Positions 15,273 to 23,357 of a stretch of 64,000 bases of DNA are shown here, piece after piece. Position numbers and translations under genes: made by a program. The notes under the pieces are model-generated. The model was not told the origin of the DNA and made no database searches. It saw only the letters and a list, made by a program, of their open reading frames with translations. Numbering within the stretch: the first letter of the stretch is position 1; every line of letters starts with the position of its first letter. Source of the DNA: a virus; the IMG/VR virus record IMGVR_UViG_3300026457_000013, positions 18,253-82,252 of that record. One strand, given 5' to 3'.

Positions 15273-16422
15273 GTGGGTAGTTGAAAAACTAAATCCTGCT
15301 CAAATACGCATTAGTGAAGGGGAGGGTAGTAGTGTAGGTAGTACACAGCCTATAAGCTATAGATTCTACTTTCGTGATATAGACTGTGTAAACACTAGTG
15401 TTAACAAGGTAGTTGCCGCTTGCGCTAGCCTTGATTACGATATAAAAGACAAACAACATGAAGGTGTAATAGCTGGATTACGTCAAAAGACCCTAAACAC
15501 ACTACTTAACTTTAGACCAAATCCCTATCAGAGTGCACAGGAGTTTCGCCGCAGTTTATTCACAGATTTCTTATTAGACGGCAATGCCTTTGTGCATTTT
15601 GATGGTACATTTATGTATCACCTGCCAGCAGAAAATGTGGAAATATTAACTGACAGCAAAACGTTTATTAGTGGCTATAAGTATAATGGCGAAATTTTGT
15701 TCCGCGAGAGTGAAGTATTCTACTTTCGTGATGTAAATTCGGAGAGTATCTATCGCGGGCAGAGCAGGTTATCGGCTGCGCGTCAAAGTATAGATACACT
15801 ATGGAACATGCACGAGTTTCAGCAAAACTTCTTTAAAAATGGTGCTATATTTGGCATGGCACTAACCACAGAAAATACACTGTCACAAGCTGCTAAAGAA
15901 AAAACCTATCAGTACTGGGCACAGCGATATAATCCGCGCAGTGGTGGACGTCGCCCAATTATTCTAGATAGTGGATTGAAGCCTGTTAAATTGCAGGACA
16001 ATGACTTTCAAGACCTAGACTTTGATAAAGCTATTGCACGCCACAGCGAGCGCGTAATGACAACCATAGGTGTACCGCCTATATTATTGCAGGGTGGTAA
16101 CAATGCTAACATTGCCCCTAATCTTAAACTATTTTACCTGGAAACTGTACTGCCAATCGTTAGGTTATATGTTTCCGCAGTGGAAAGATATTTTGGATAT
16201 GACGTGGCAGAAGTAACCAATAATGTTAGTGCACTACAGCCAGAATTAAAAGACGTAGCAGCTTATCATAGCACACTAGTTAATGGCGGCGTTATAACTC
16301 CTAACGAAGCCCGTATAGAATTACGGTATCCAACCATAGCTGGAAATGATACCCTAAGAATACCTGCTAACATTGCAGGTTCAGCAGCCAATCCATCAGA
16401 GGGTGGTAGGCCTAGCAACTAA
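15250..16422 (+). CDS. portal protein (HK97/T5 pb7-like)
   Basis: RPNPYQS, LLDGNAF, GVPPILL and ITPNEAR. Confidence 0.95.
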   Translation: MVLERLREWVVEKLNPAQIRISEGEGSSVGSTQPISYRFYFRDIDCVNTSVNKVVAACASLDYDIKDKQHEGVIAGLRQKTLNTLLNFRPNPYQSAQEFRRSLFTDFLLDGNAFVHFDGTFMYHLPAENVEILTDSKTFISGYKYNGEILFRESEVFYFRDVNSESIYRGQSRLSAARQSIDTLWNMHEFQQNFFKNGAIFGMALTTENTLSQAAKEKTYQYWAQRYNPRSGGRRPIILDSGLKPVKLQDNDFQDLDFDKAIARHSERVMTTIGVPPILLQGGNNANIAPNLKLFYLETVLPIVRLYVSAVERYFGYDVAEVTNNVSALQPELKDVAAYHSTLVNGGVITPNEARIELRYPTIAGNDTLRIPANIAGSAANPSEGGRPSN

Positions 16423-16432
16423 GAGGAGTAAG

Positions 16433-18433
16433 ATGGATATAAAAAACAAAGTACTCTATTTTGACAGCAAGTTTACTGCCAAGGCTGCCGGCGAGGACGA
16501 TGACAGTATCATGATTGAAGGTTATGCTTCTACTAATGATCGGGATCGTCAAGGCGATGTAGTGCCAGCAGGAGTTTGGAAGTCAGGTATGGTAAACTAC
16601 CTGAAGAATCCAATCATCTTAGCATATCATAATCACACAATGCCAATTGGCAAAATGGTTGATTATAAAGCTGATGAGCATGGACTGTGGATTAAAGCAC
16701 AGATTCCCAGTGAAGTTGGCGATATTTACAAGTTGATCAAAAAGGGTATATTAAGCGCATTTAGTATTGGGTTTAGGGTCAAAGATGCTGAGTATGAGCA
16801 GGCCAGTGAAACCTTTATGATTAAAGATCTAGAACTACACGAAATCAGTGTAGTTAGTGTACCTGCAAATCAAAACACACTATTTAGTTTAGCCAAGGCA
16901 TTTGATAGTGCCCAAGAGTTCGAGTTATTTAAACAGCAATTTGCCGATGTTAGCGAATCAGCTAAAGGGCTAGAGTCCTCTACAAACGCAAATAGCGAAA
17001 CCAAAAAGGAATGGAACATGGATCCAAAAGAGTTAGAAAAATTATTGGCCGACGCTGCTGCTAAGGCTGCTGCTGAAACAGCACGTGCTGTTGTAGAGGC
17101 TCAAACTAAAGCTGCTGAAGAAGCGCAGCGTAAAGCTGATGAAGAAGCACAGCTACAAGCTAAAATTAAGGCTGCTGTTAGCGCAGTTCAAACAGTTGAC
17201 ACAGGTGCAGAAAAGCTATTAGCTGAAGTTGAAAAGCGCTTAGCCGAGCAAGCTGACAGCCACAAGAGCGCCCTAGAAGGTCTAGAGAGTGCACTACGTG
17301 AAAAAGCTGCTGAGCTAGAAGCTATTCAAAAGAGCCGTATGCAGTTTAGTGATGTTAAGAGCAGCGACGGTGGTGCTACATACGCAGAAAAAGAAGCAGC
17401 TGTATTTATCAGCAAGATCACTAAAAAGCCTATCGAAGAAACCAAGTATGCCAAGAGCCTAGTACAAAAGTACGCTAGTGGCGGTACAGCTGGTGCTGCT
17501 GGATCGGGTGGTGGAGCAGGTGGTGCAGTTCGCCTACCAGGTCAAGTTTGGGAACTAGAAGTTAGCACCAACATGGAAAACGAGATTCGTCGTCAGCTAG
17601 TTGTTGCTGGTACAATCCGTCAGATCAACATGCCACAGCCTTTCATGAAGCTGCCTATCAATCCAGATGCTGGTGCAGATGCAACCTGGGTAGCAAACAG
17701 TGATTTTGGTGCTGCAGCTAGCAGTGGTACAGCTCGCACACATGCGCTCAAAGACATTGAGATCAGCAGCGCTAAGCTAGCTACCAAAGAGTACATCGCC
17801 TTTGAAGAAGAGGAAGATGGTCTTATTGCCCTAGTACCTATCATCCGCGATGCAATCACACGTCGTATGGCTAAGACACTAGACAAGTCTATGCTCCTAG
17901 GTAATGACGTTGGTGCTACAACATATGCGGCTGGTATCAATGGTCTAGCATTTTATGATGGTAGCGCTACAAGCAGCCCAACAGTTGCAGTTGGTGGTAC
18001 TGGAGCAACAGGATTTACATTTGCTAAATTCCAGGCTGCTCGTCGTGCATTAGGTGTTTGGGGCTTAGAGCCTAGCGAATTAATCTGCTTTGTTAGCCAA
18101 GCAGCATATTATGATCTACTAGAAGATGCTACTTTCCAAAGCACAGACAAGATTAGTGAGTCACGTAACACACTAATTACTGGTCAAGTTGGACTAATCG
18201 CCCAAACTCCAGTTGTTGTTAGTGCACAAATGACAGGTGCAGCTGCTAACGATGCACTAGCCGTTATAGTTAACCCACGCAACTTTGTTGTTGGTAATCA
18301 TCGTGCAATGCGTATTGACACAGATGACGAAGTTATCAATCAGCGTCGTGTTATCGTTGCTAGTATGCGTATCGCTATGAGCCGCTTAACAAGCAATGAA
18401 GGTAGTGGTGTTGTAACAGTTCGTTACGTTTAA
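16433..18433 (+). CDS. prohead protease in frame with the major capsid protein
   Basis: GAGGAG RBS at 16433; IEGYAST, HNH, AFSIGF and EISVVSVPAN protease motifs; coiled-coil scaffold; HK97-fold capsid. Confidence 0.9.
   Translation: MDIKNKVLYFDSKFTAKAAGEDDDSIMIEGYASTNDRDRQGDVVPAGVWKSGMVNYLKNPIILAYHNHTMPIGKMVDYKADEHGLWIKAQIPSEVGDIYKLIKKGILSAFSIGFRVKDAEYEQASETFMIKDLELHEISVVSVPANQNTLFSLAKAFDSAQEFELFKQQFADVSESAKGLESSTNANSETKKEWNMDPKELEKLLADAAAKAAAETARAVVEAQTKAAEEAQRKADEEAQLQAKIKAAVSAVQTVDTGAEKLLAEVEKRLAEQADSHKSALEGLESALREKAAELEAIQKSRMQFSDVKSSDGGATYAEKEAAVFISKITKKPIEETKYAKSLVQKYASGGTAGAAGSGGGAGGAVRLPGQVWELEVSTNMENEIRRQLVVAGTIRQINMPQPFMKLPINPDAGADATWVANSDFGAAASSGTARTHALKDIEISSAKLATKEYIAFEEEEDGLIALVPIIRDAITRRMAKTLDKSMLLGNDVGATTYAAGINGLAFYDGSATSSPTVAVGGTGATGFTFAKFQAARRALGVWGLEPSELICFVSQAAYYDLLEDATFQSTDKISESRNTLITGQVGLIAQTPVVVSAQMTGAAANDALAVIVNPRNFVVGNHRAMRIDTDDEVINQRRVIVASMRIAMSRLTSNEGSGVVTVRYV
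17018..18433 (+). CDS. major capsid protein precursor from an internal start (471 aa)
   Basis: AAGGA 7 nt before in-frame ATG (MDPKELEK); size typical of a T5 pb8-like capsid with delta domain. Confidence 0.65.
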   Translation: MDPKELEKLLADAAAKAAAETARAVVEAQTKAAEEAQRKADEEAQLQAKIKAAVSAVQTVDTGAEKLLAEVEKRLAEQADSHKSALEGLESALREKAAELEAIQKSRMQFSDVKSSDGGATYAEKEAAVFISKITKKPIEETKYAKSLVQKYASGGTAGAAGSGGGAGGAVRLPGQVWELEVSTNMENEIRRQLVVAGTIRQINMPQPFMKLPINPDAGADATWVANSDFGAAASSGTARTHALKDIEISSAKLATKEYIAFEEEEDGLIALVPIIRDAITRRMAKTLDKSMLLGNDVGATTYAAGINGLAFYDGSATSSPTVAVGGTGATGFTFAKFQAARRALGVWGLEPSELICFVSQAAYYDLLEDATFQSTDKISESRNTLITGQVGLIAQTPVVVSAQMTGAAANDALAVIVNPRNFVVGNHRAMRIDTDDEVINQRRVIVASMRIAMSRLTSNEGSGVVTVRYV

Positions 18434-18509
18434 TTAAACTTAGGCAGGGTTCATACGAGCCCTGTCTCTAAAGCCTGATCTAGCAGGTTTTAGAGACACA
18501 GGAGGATTT

Positions 18510-19073
18510 ATGGCTGACCTAATTACTAGAACAGATTATAAAAAATATCTTGGTATTACTACTAATAATAGGGACGCTGAAATTGACCTGCTAATTCCAA
18601 AAATTAGCCAGCTTATTAAAACCTATTGTCGCAGAACTTTTGTTGATTATTATAACGATTTAAAAACAGAGGTTTATAATGGTGGATTCAATAAAATCCT
18701 ATTACAAGAAACCCCTGTAGTAACTATAGATAGTTTTAGCATAAGCACAGACTATGGTCAGACTTATACTGCCCTAACAGAGTTTACCGATTATGTACTA
18801 GACGGTGATATATTAGTTTCATTAAATTCATATGGTTTTCGCGAGTATTTACGTGGTTATCAAATTGTATATTATGGTGGTTATGATACTGTACCAGAAG
18901 ATTTACAATTAGCTGCATTTGATCTGCTAGAATATTATACAAAAAATAACAGCGCTGTGCATGTAAATCGTGACGTAACTCCAAACGTAACGCAAATACA
19001 GTATGTTGCTAGTACAAATTTTCCAGCACATATTAAGCGGGTATTGGATCAGTATATTGCGGATTATGCGTAA
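18510..19073 (+). CDS. head completion / head-tail adaptor (T5 p144-like)
   Basis: YYGGYDTVPEDLQLA and FPAHIKRVLDQY; synteny. Confidence 0.85.
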   Translation: MADLITRTDYKKYLGITTNNRDAEIDLLIPKISQLIKTYCRRTFVDYYNDLKTEVYNGGFNKILLQETPVVTIDSFSISTDYGQTYTALTEFTDYVLDGDILVSLNSYGFREYLRGYQIVYYGGYDTVPEDLQLAAFDLLEYYTKNNSAVHVNRDVTPNVTQIQYVASTNFPAHIKRVLDQYIADYA

Positions 19074-20653
19074 TGAGTATAGCTCAGTTTTCACCAATAC
19101 TGCGAGCGCGTATAATTGACATTTATGGTGATAAGAATAATAAAGTAGACCTAGCTAGTTTTAAGAAATTAACTAGAAAAGAATTGTTTAAGGCAGTAAT
19201 AGATACTAAGGATATTAGAAAGCGATTCCAAAGTAAAGATTACCATACTTCTAGTTTAACGCTAGAAGGCATTACAGCACTAAATAGAAAATTAGTAGAT
19301 AAACTAGAAGATGAAAAAACTAAAGAAATAGTTGCTAGTCTACTAAATAACGATAATTTTTTTACTACATTTGTAGGTTATATAGAACAAACAGAAACAG
19401 TTAAAGAATATGGTGCTGGAGATTTTAGAATAGAAAAAGTACCTGAAAAGAAATTACGAGATTATTTTATACAGTTTATAAGTGATAAAATACCTGGACT
19501 ACCTGCTGCAACATTACAATTACTCAAAGATAATGTTGAGAGTGGTCACTTAGCTGGAATATTCTTTTTAAAAGCTAAAGTTGCGCTTGGTATACAAGCC
19601 AAGTTTAGTCAAGAAGTTAGTGCTACATATAGAGATTTTACTATTTCTATGCCAGGTCTCGAAGATCAAACAGCTATAAATGCACTAGAAAGTGTACTAA
19701 AAGCTATTTTAGATGCGGATTTTTTAACCAGTAATTTAATTACAGAATCCCAAGTATTTATAGATGCAGTAAAAAATGTTCTTGGTGATAATCCTAGTTT
19801 AATTACGGAGTTACAGTTTCAAGAAGATAATAAAAAAGCTGGAGATTTATTACAACAAGCAGGGCGTCAATTAAATAATTTAATTAAAGCAGCTAGTGCT
19901 AGAGAGGAATCGGCCGCTGAAGCGGCAATCAGCAACTTAATAGCAACCTTAAAACCTGTAGTTCAAGAAATTTTAGCTAAAGCAGAAGAACTAAAATCTC
20001 CGCTAAGTGAGCAAGGTTTGTACGATCCAATTGTTAAAAATGCAAAATTTTTAAGCGAGCAGTTAATTAATACGCCTGGCTCAATAACTATTAAAGATGG
20101 TATAGCTAAGCAAATAGGTGAAGTAATAAAAACAGGCAAATCTACTAAAACACAGTCTGTTAAAATAAAACCAAGACCTATTAAACAAAAACATAAAGAA
20201 GTGTTAGATATTAGTCAACCTGTTAAAGAGTTTAAGCAAGCAGCAGATAAGCTAAAGCAAGCTATAAAAAAGACAAAAATGTCTGCTAATACTAGAGTTG
20301 TAGCCTCTAAAATTGCGGCTAAAGAAACTTCTTTAAAAACTTTACAAGAGTTATTATCAGCCCACCTTATCAAAACTGTAAAACAAAACATGGGTAACGG
20401 CAGTAGACGTGATGTACTAAACTTACGTAGCGGTAGATTTGCTGAAAGTGTAGTAGTAGAAAGACTAACTCAAAGTCGTGAGGGAATGATAACCGCATAC
20501 TATAATTATATGCGTAATCCATATGCAACTTTTAGCGGTGGCGGCAAGCAGCAGTATCCTAGAAGCAGAGACCCTAAACTGCTAATAAGCAAAAGTATAC
20601 GCCAACTAGCCACACAAGCTAAAATAACTAAGTTAAGGGCCGTATTAGTATGA
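19073..20653 (+). CDS. tail completion / neck protein (p143-like C-terminus, long N-terminal extension)
   Basis: LNLRSGRFAESV, YMRNPYATF and RDPKLLISKSIR; synteny. Confidence 0.7.
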   Translation: MSIAQFSPILRARIIDIYGDKNNKVDLASFKKLTRKELFKAVIDTKDIRKRFQSKDYHTSSLTLEGITALNRKLVDKLEDEKTKEIVASLLNNDNFFTTFVGYIEQTETVKEYGAGDFRIEKVPEKKLRDYFIQFISDKIPGLPAATLQLLKDNVESGHLAGIFFLKAKVALGIQAKFSQEVSATYRDFTISMPGLEDQTAINALESVLKAILDADFLTSNLITESQVFIDAVKNVLGDNPSLITELQFQEDNKKAGDLLQQAGRQLNNLIKAASAREESAAEAAISNLIATLKPVVQEILAKAEELKSPLSEQGLYDPIVKNAKFLSEQLINTPGSITIKDGIAKQIGEVIKTGKSTKTQSVKIKPRPIKQKHKEVLDISQPVKEFKQAADKLKQAIKKTKMSANTRVVASKIAAKETSLKTLQELLSAHLIKTVKQNMGNGSRRDVLNLRSGRFAESVVVERLTQSREGMITAYYNYMRNPYATFSGGGKQQYPRSRDPKLLISKSIRQLATQAKITKLRAVLV

Positions 20654-21090
20654 CAAAACGAACACAAATAGTAAGCGCCCTAGCTGAAAAATTTAAGATT
20701 ATAGACGGTACAGCTCCTTATATAACAGACTTAAAAAATCAAAGCTTTGCCAAACTAAAATTCTGGGATGAGATTAATGACTTTCCTGGAGTATATTTAA
20801 CACCAGGAACTGAATTGCGTGAATATCATCCTGCAGATTTTGCCTGGGGCATGCTTGGAGTATGTGTAAAAGTTTACTGTAAAAGTGAGGATAGTTCTCA
20901 AGAACAACTAGAGCAACTATTAGCTGATCTAGAAACTTGCATAGATGCAAATCGTCAATTAGTATATGATTCAACAAATGCTTATACAACAACAGAAATA
21001 TTAATAGACTCAATAACTACGGACGAGGGCCTATTAGCTCCCTATGCAGTTGGCGAGATTAACTTACAGGTCAGATACCAGATTATGTAA
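20650..21090 (+). CDS. tail terminator (p142-like)
   Basis: LKFWDEINDFP and SITTDEGLLAPY; synteny. Confidence 0.85.
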   Translation: MTKRTQIVSALAEKFKIIDGTAPYITDLKNQSFAKLKFWDEINDFPGVYLTPGTELREYHPADFAWGMLGVCVKVYCKSEDSSQEQLEQLLADLETCIDANRQLVYDSTNAYTTTEILIDSITTDEGLLAPYAVGEINLQVRYQIM

Positions 21091-21168
21091 GCAACCGTAT
21101 TCATAAAGCCTGGTACAGATAAACGTCTAGTCAAGGCTAGCTGAATACCCATAAAAAGGGATAAAAAC

Positions 21169-22416
21169 ATGAGTTTTAATTTACTTCGTAATAGTAGAGT
21201 GTTTTTTACTACTGCAGTAGGTGATACAGGTTCTGCTCTAGGAGTTATTGGTGGAGCTCTAGCAGTTGGCGGTAATGCTGTAATTAGTAATACTAATACC
21301 CGTGAAATTCAAGTATTAGACGGTTTTGGGTTTAGTCAAAATACTACGTCGGAAACAGTTACACTAAATGAAACAGGTGCTGTACCTGTACGTGGACAGC
21401 GTACTTTCAACACACAGCTAGATCCTGTTGATTTTAACATGACTACTTACATTCGTCCATATGACGACAACACTATTCTTACAGCTGAAGAAAGTGTATT
21501 GTGGAACGCAATGTTTGCTGTTGATCCAATTGGTGGAACTAATCCAGCTTGGACAAACGGTGATAGTACAGTTACTCCAGAAACTCCTGCCACTGTAGTA
21601 GCTACAAATAGTAACAAGCACCAGCTACAACGCTTTGGTTTAATTGTTATTATGGACACAGCATGCTTTTTAATTGATGATTGTGTGTTAAACACAGCAA
21701 CTATTGATTTCGGTATTGACGCTATTGCCAGCATTGCTTGGGCAGGACAAGCTAAAGCAATTAGACCAGTTACCGGCCCAACAGCAATTGGTAGTGGCAC
21801 ATTTACTGGTAGTGGCATATTTAATGCTAGTACATTTACACAAAAGATTACTACAGCTGCGTTTATTGCCAACAAGCTTAGCACCTTTACACTACAGGCA
21901 GGCCTGGGCAGTCCAGGAACACCCCCTGCTACAACTACCTATTACAACCTACCCATTACTGGTGGTAACCTAACAATTAGCAACAACGTTAGTTACTTAA
22001 CACCTGCTAACCTGGGTATTGTTAACAATCCAGTTACATATTTTGCTGGTACACGTGCAATTAGTGGTAGTGTTACAGCATATCTACGTAGTGGTAGTGC
22101 TACTGGTGCCAATAATACTAGCGACCCAAGCACTGGACGTAAACAAACTATACAATTGCTACAAGATTTGCTAGCAGGTAGCAGTACCACAGTAGATCCT
22201 AGATTTTACATGAAACTTGTAATTGGTGGTTCTACCGCTAATGATCGTGTAGAAATCGAAATGCCTGGTGTAGTGCTTACTATTCCAACAGTTGCTACTG
22301 AGCAAGTTATTAGTACAACTATTAACTTTACGGCTCAAGGTACTGATACAATTGGTGGCGTTCGCAACTTTGATCTTGAAGAAGCTAACGAAATTAACGT
22401 CAAATATTACGCATAA
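21169..22416 (+). CDS. major tail tube protein (pb6-like)
   Basis: MSFNLLRNSRVF, EIQVLDGFGFSQ and YLTPANLG. Confidence 0.9.
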   Translation: MSFNLLRNSRVFFTTAVGDTGSALGVIGGALAVGGNAVISNTNTREIQVLDGFGFSQNTTSETVTLNETGAVPVRGQRTFNTQLDPVDFNMTTYIRPYDDNTILTAEESVLWNAMFAVDPIGGTNPAWTNGDSTVTPETPATVVATNSNKHQLQRFGLIVIMDTACFLIDDCVLNTATIDFGIDAIASIAWAGQAKAIRPVTGPTAIGSGTFTGSGIFNASTFTQKITTAAFIANKLSTFTLQAGLGSPGTPPATTTYYNLPITGGNLTISNNVSYLTPANLGIVNNPVTYFAGTRAISGSVTAYLRSGSATGANNTSDPSTGRKQTIQLLQDLLAGSSTTVDPRFYMKLVIGGSTANDRVEIEMPGVVLTIPTVATEQVISTTINFTAQGTDTIGGVRNFDLEEANEINVKYYA

Positions 22417-22468
22417 GTTTTATCAACCGAGACCGGTATAATGCCGGTCTCACTAACCTTAAAAACAA

Positions 22469-22885
22469 ATGGCAGATCTTAGTTTAAAATCTTTATTAGT
22501 ACCCTCTAAAAGTGTTGAGGTAGAATATCCTGGTATGCCAGGTTTTATTATTGATGTGGCTTTTTTAAGTCGTGAAACACTTATTAATATTCGCAAAAAA
22601 GCTACAAAAACTACGTTTAAAAATCGTCAACCTCAAGAAGAATTAAATGACGATCTTTTCCTACAACTATATGTAGAAAATGCTGTAAAAGGCTGGCGTG
22701 GTTTAAAAATTAAATACTTAGAACAATTAGCACCTGTAGAAGTTGCACATCTTGACCAAGAAGATGAGCTAAACTTTACTAGTGAAAACGCACTATATTT
22801 AATGAAAAATAGTGGTAATTTTGATAGCTTTATTAGTGAGCAGGTTACAGACCTGGGAAACTTTTCCAAGAACAGCTCCAAGTAG
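22469..22885 (+). CDS. tail assembly chaperone (G-like)
   Basis: Between tube and tape measure genes; ends at a slippery site. Confidence 0.85.
   Translation: MADLSLKSLLVPSKSVEVEYPGMPGFIIDVAFLSRETLINIRKKATKTTFKNRQPQEELNDDLFLQLYVENAVKGWRGLKIKYLEQLAPVEVAHLDQEDELNFTSENALYLMKNSGNFDSFISEQVTDLGNFSKNSSK
22855..22861 (+). other. -1 programmed frameshift site G GGA AAC
   Basis: X XXY YYZ pattern; the -1 frame is open and continuous into 22921-23256. Confidence 0.85.
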
Positions 22886-22920
22886 TCGAATCTCAGCTAG
22901 CCAATTATTTTGAAAATTTA

Positions 22921-23256
22921 ATGGTTGGTGGCGTTACAAAAGAAATGTATCTTGAGATGTGCTCTATGATGGGTTCAGAGCCTGTTGAAAGCGAAATTCC
23001 AGTTGAACTAGATGATATGCCACTAGAAGTGCAGCAAGCAATGTTAGTTTATCGTATGCTGCGTGATGAGTGGGAAGGTTTTAGTGGATCGTACCTAGGC
23101 AAAAGCTATATTGGACTAACAGAAATATTGCAGTATACAGAAATAGAGCCTAGTGATCACAAATTAATAGTTATGCTTATTAAAACGATTGATAGCATAC
23201 GAAGCCAACAAATAGCTAAATATAGAGAACAAAAGAAGCCTGCTAGCAGTAGTTAG
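22921..23256 (+). CDS. tail assembly chaperone (T-like frameshift extension)
   Basis: In the -1 frame relative to the upstream chaperone. Confidence 0.8.
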   Translation: MVGGVTKEMYLEMCSMMGSEPVESEIPVELDDMPLEVQQAMLVYRMLRDEWEGFSGSYLGKSYIGLTEILQYTEIEPSDHKLIVMLIKTIDSIRSQQIAKYREQKKPASSS

Positions 23257-23267
23257 TAGGCTTTTTT
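23236..23267 (+). terminator. intrinsic terminator
   Basis: AAGCCTGCTAGC...GTTAGTAGGCTTTTTT. Confidence 0.65.
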
Positions 23268-23287
23268 ATTACTAGAAATTTTTGCTA

Positions 23288-23316
23288 TTGACATTTATTT
23301 ACCCTTGTGCTATAAT
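23288..23316 (+). promoter_or_regulatory. promoter TTGACA-17-TATAAT
   Basis: Perfect consensus plus extended -10. Confidence 0.85.
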
Positions 23317-23357
23317 TGGTGTAAATCTGTGCAAATCTTACTAAGCCTGGAGTAAAT

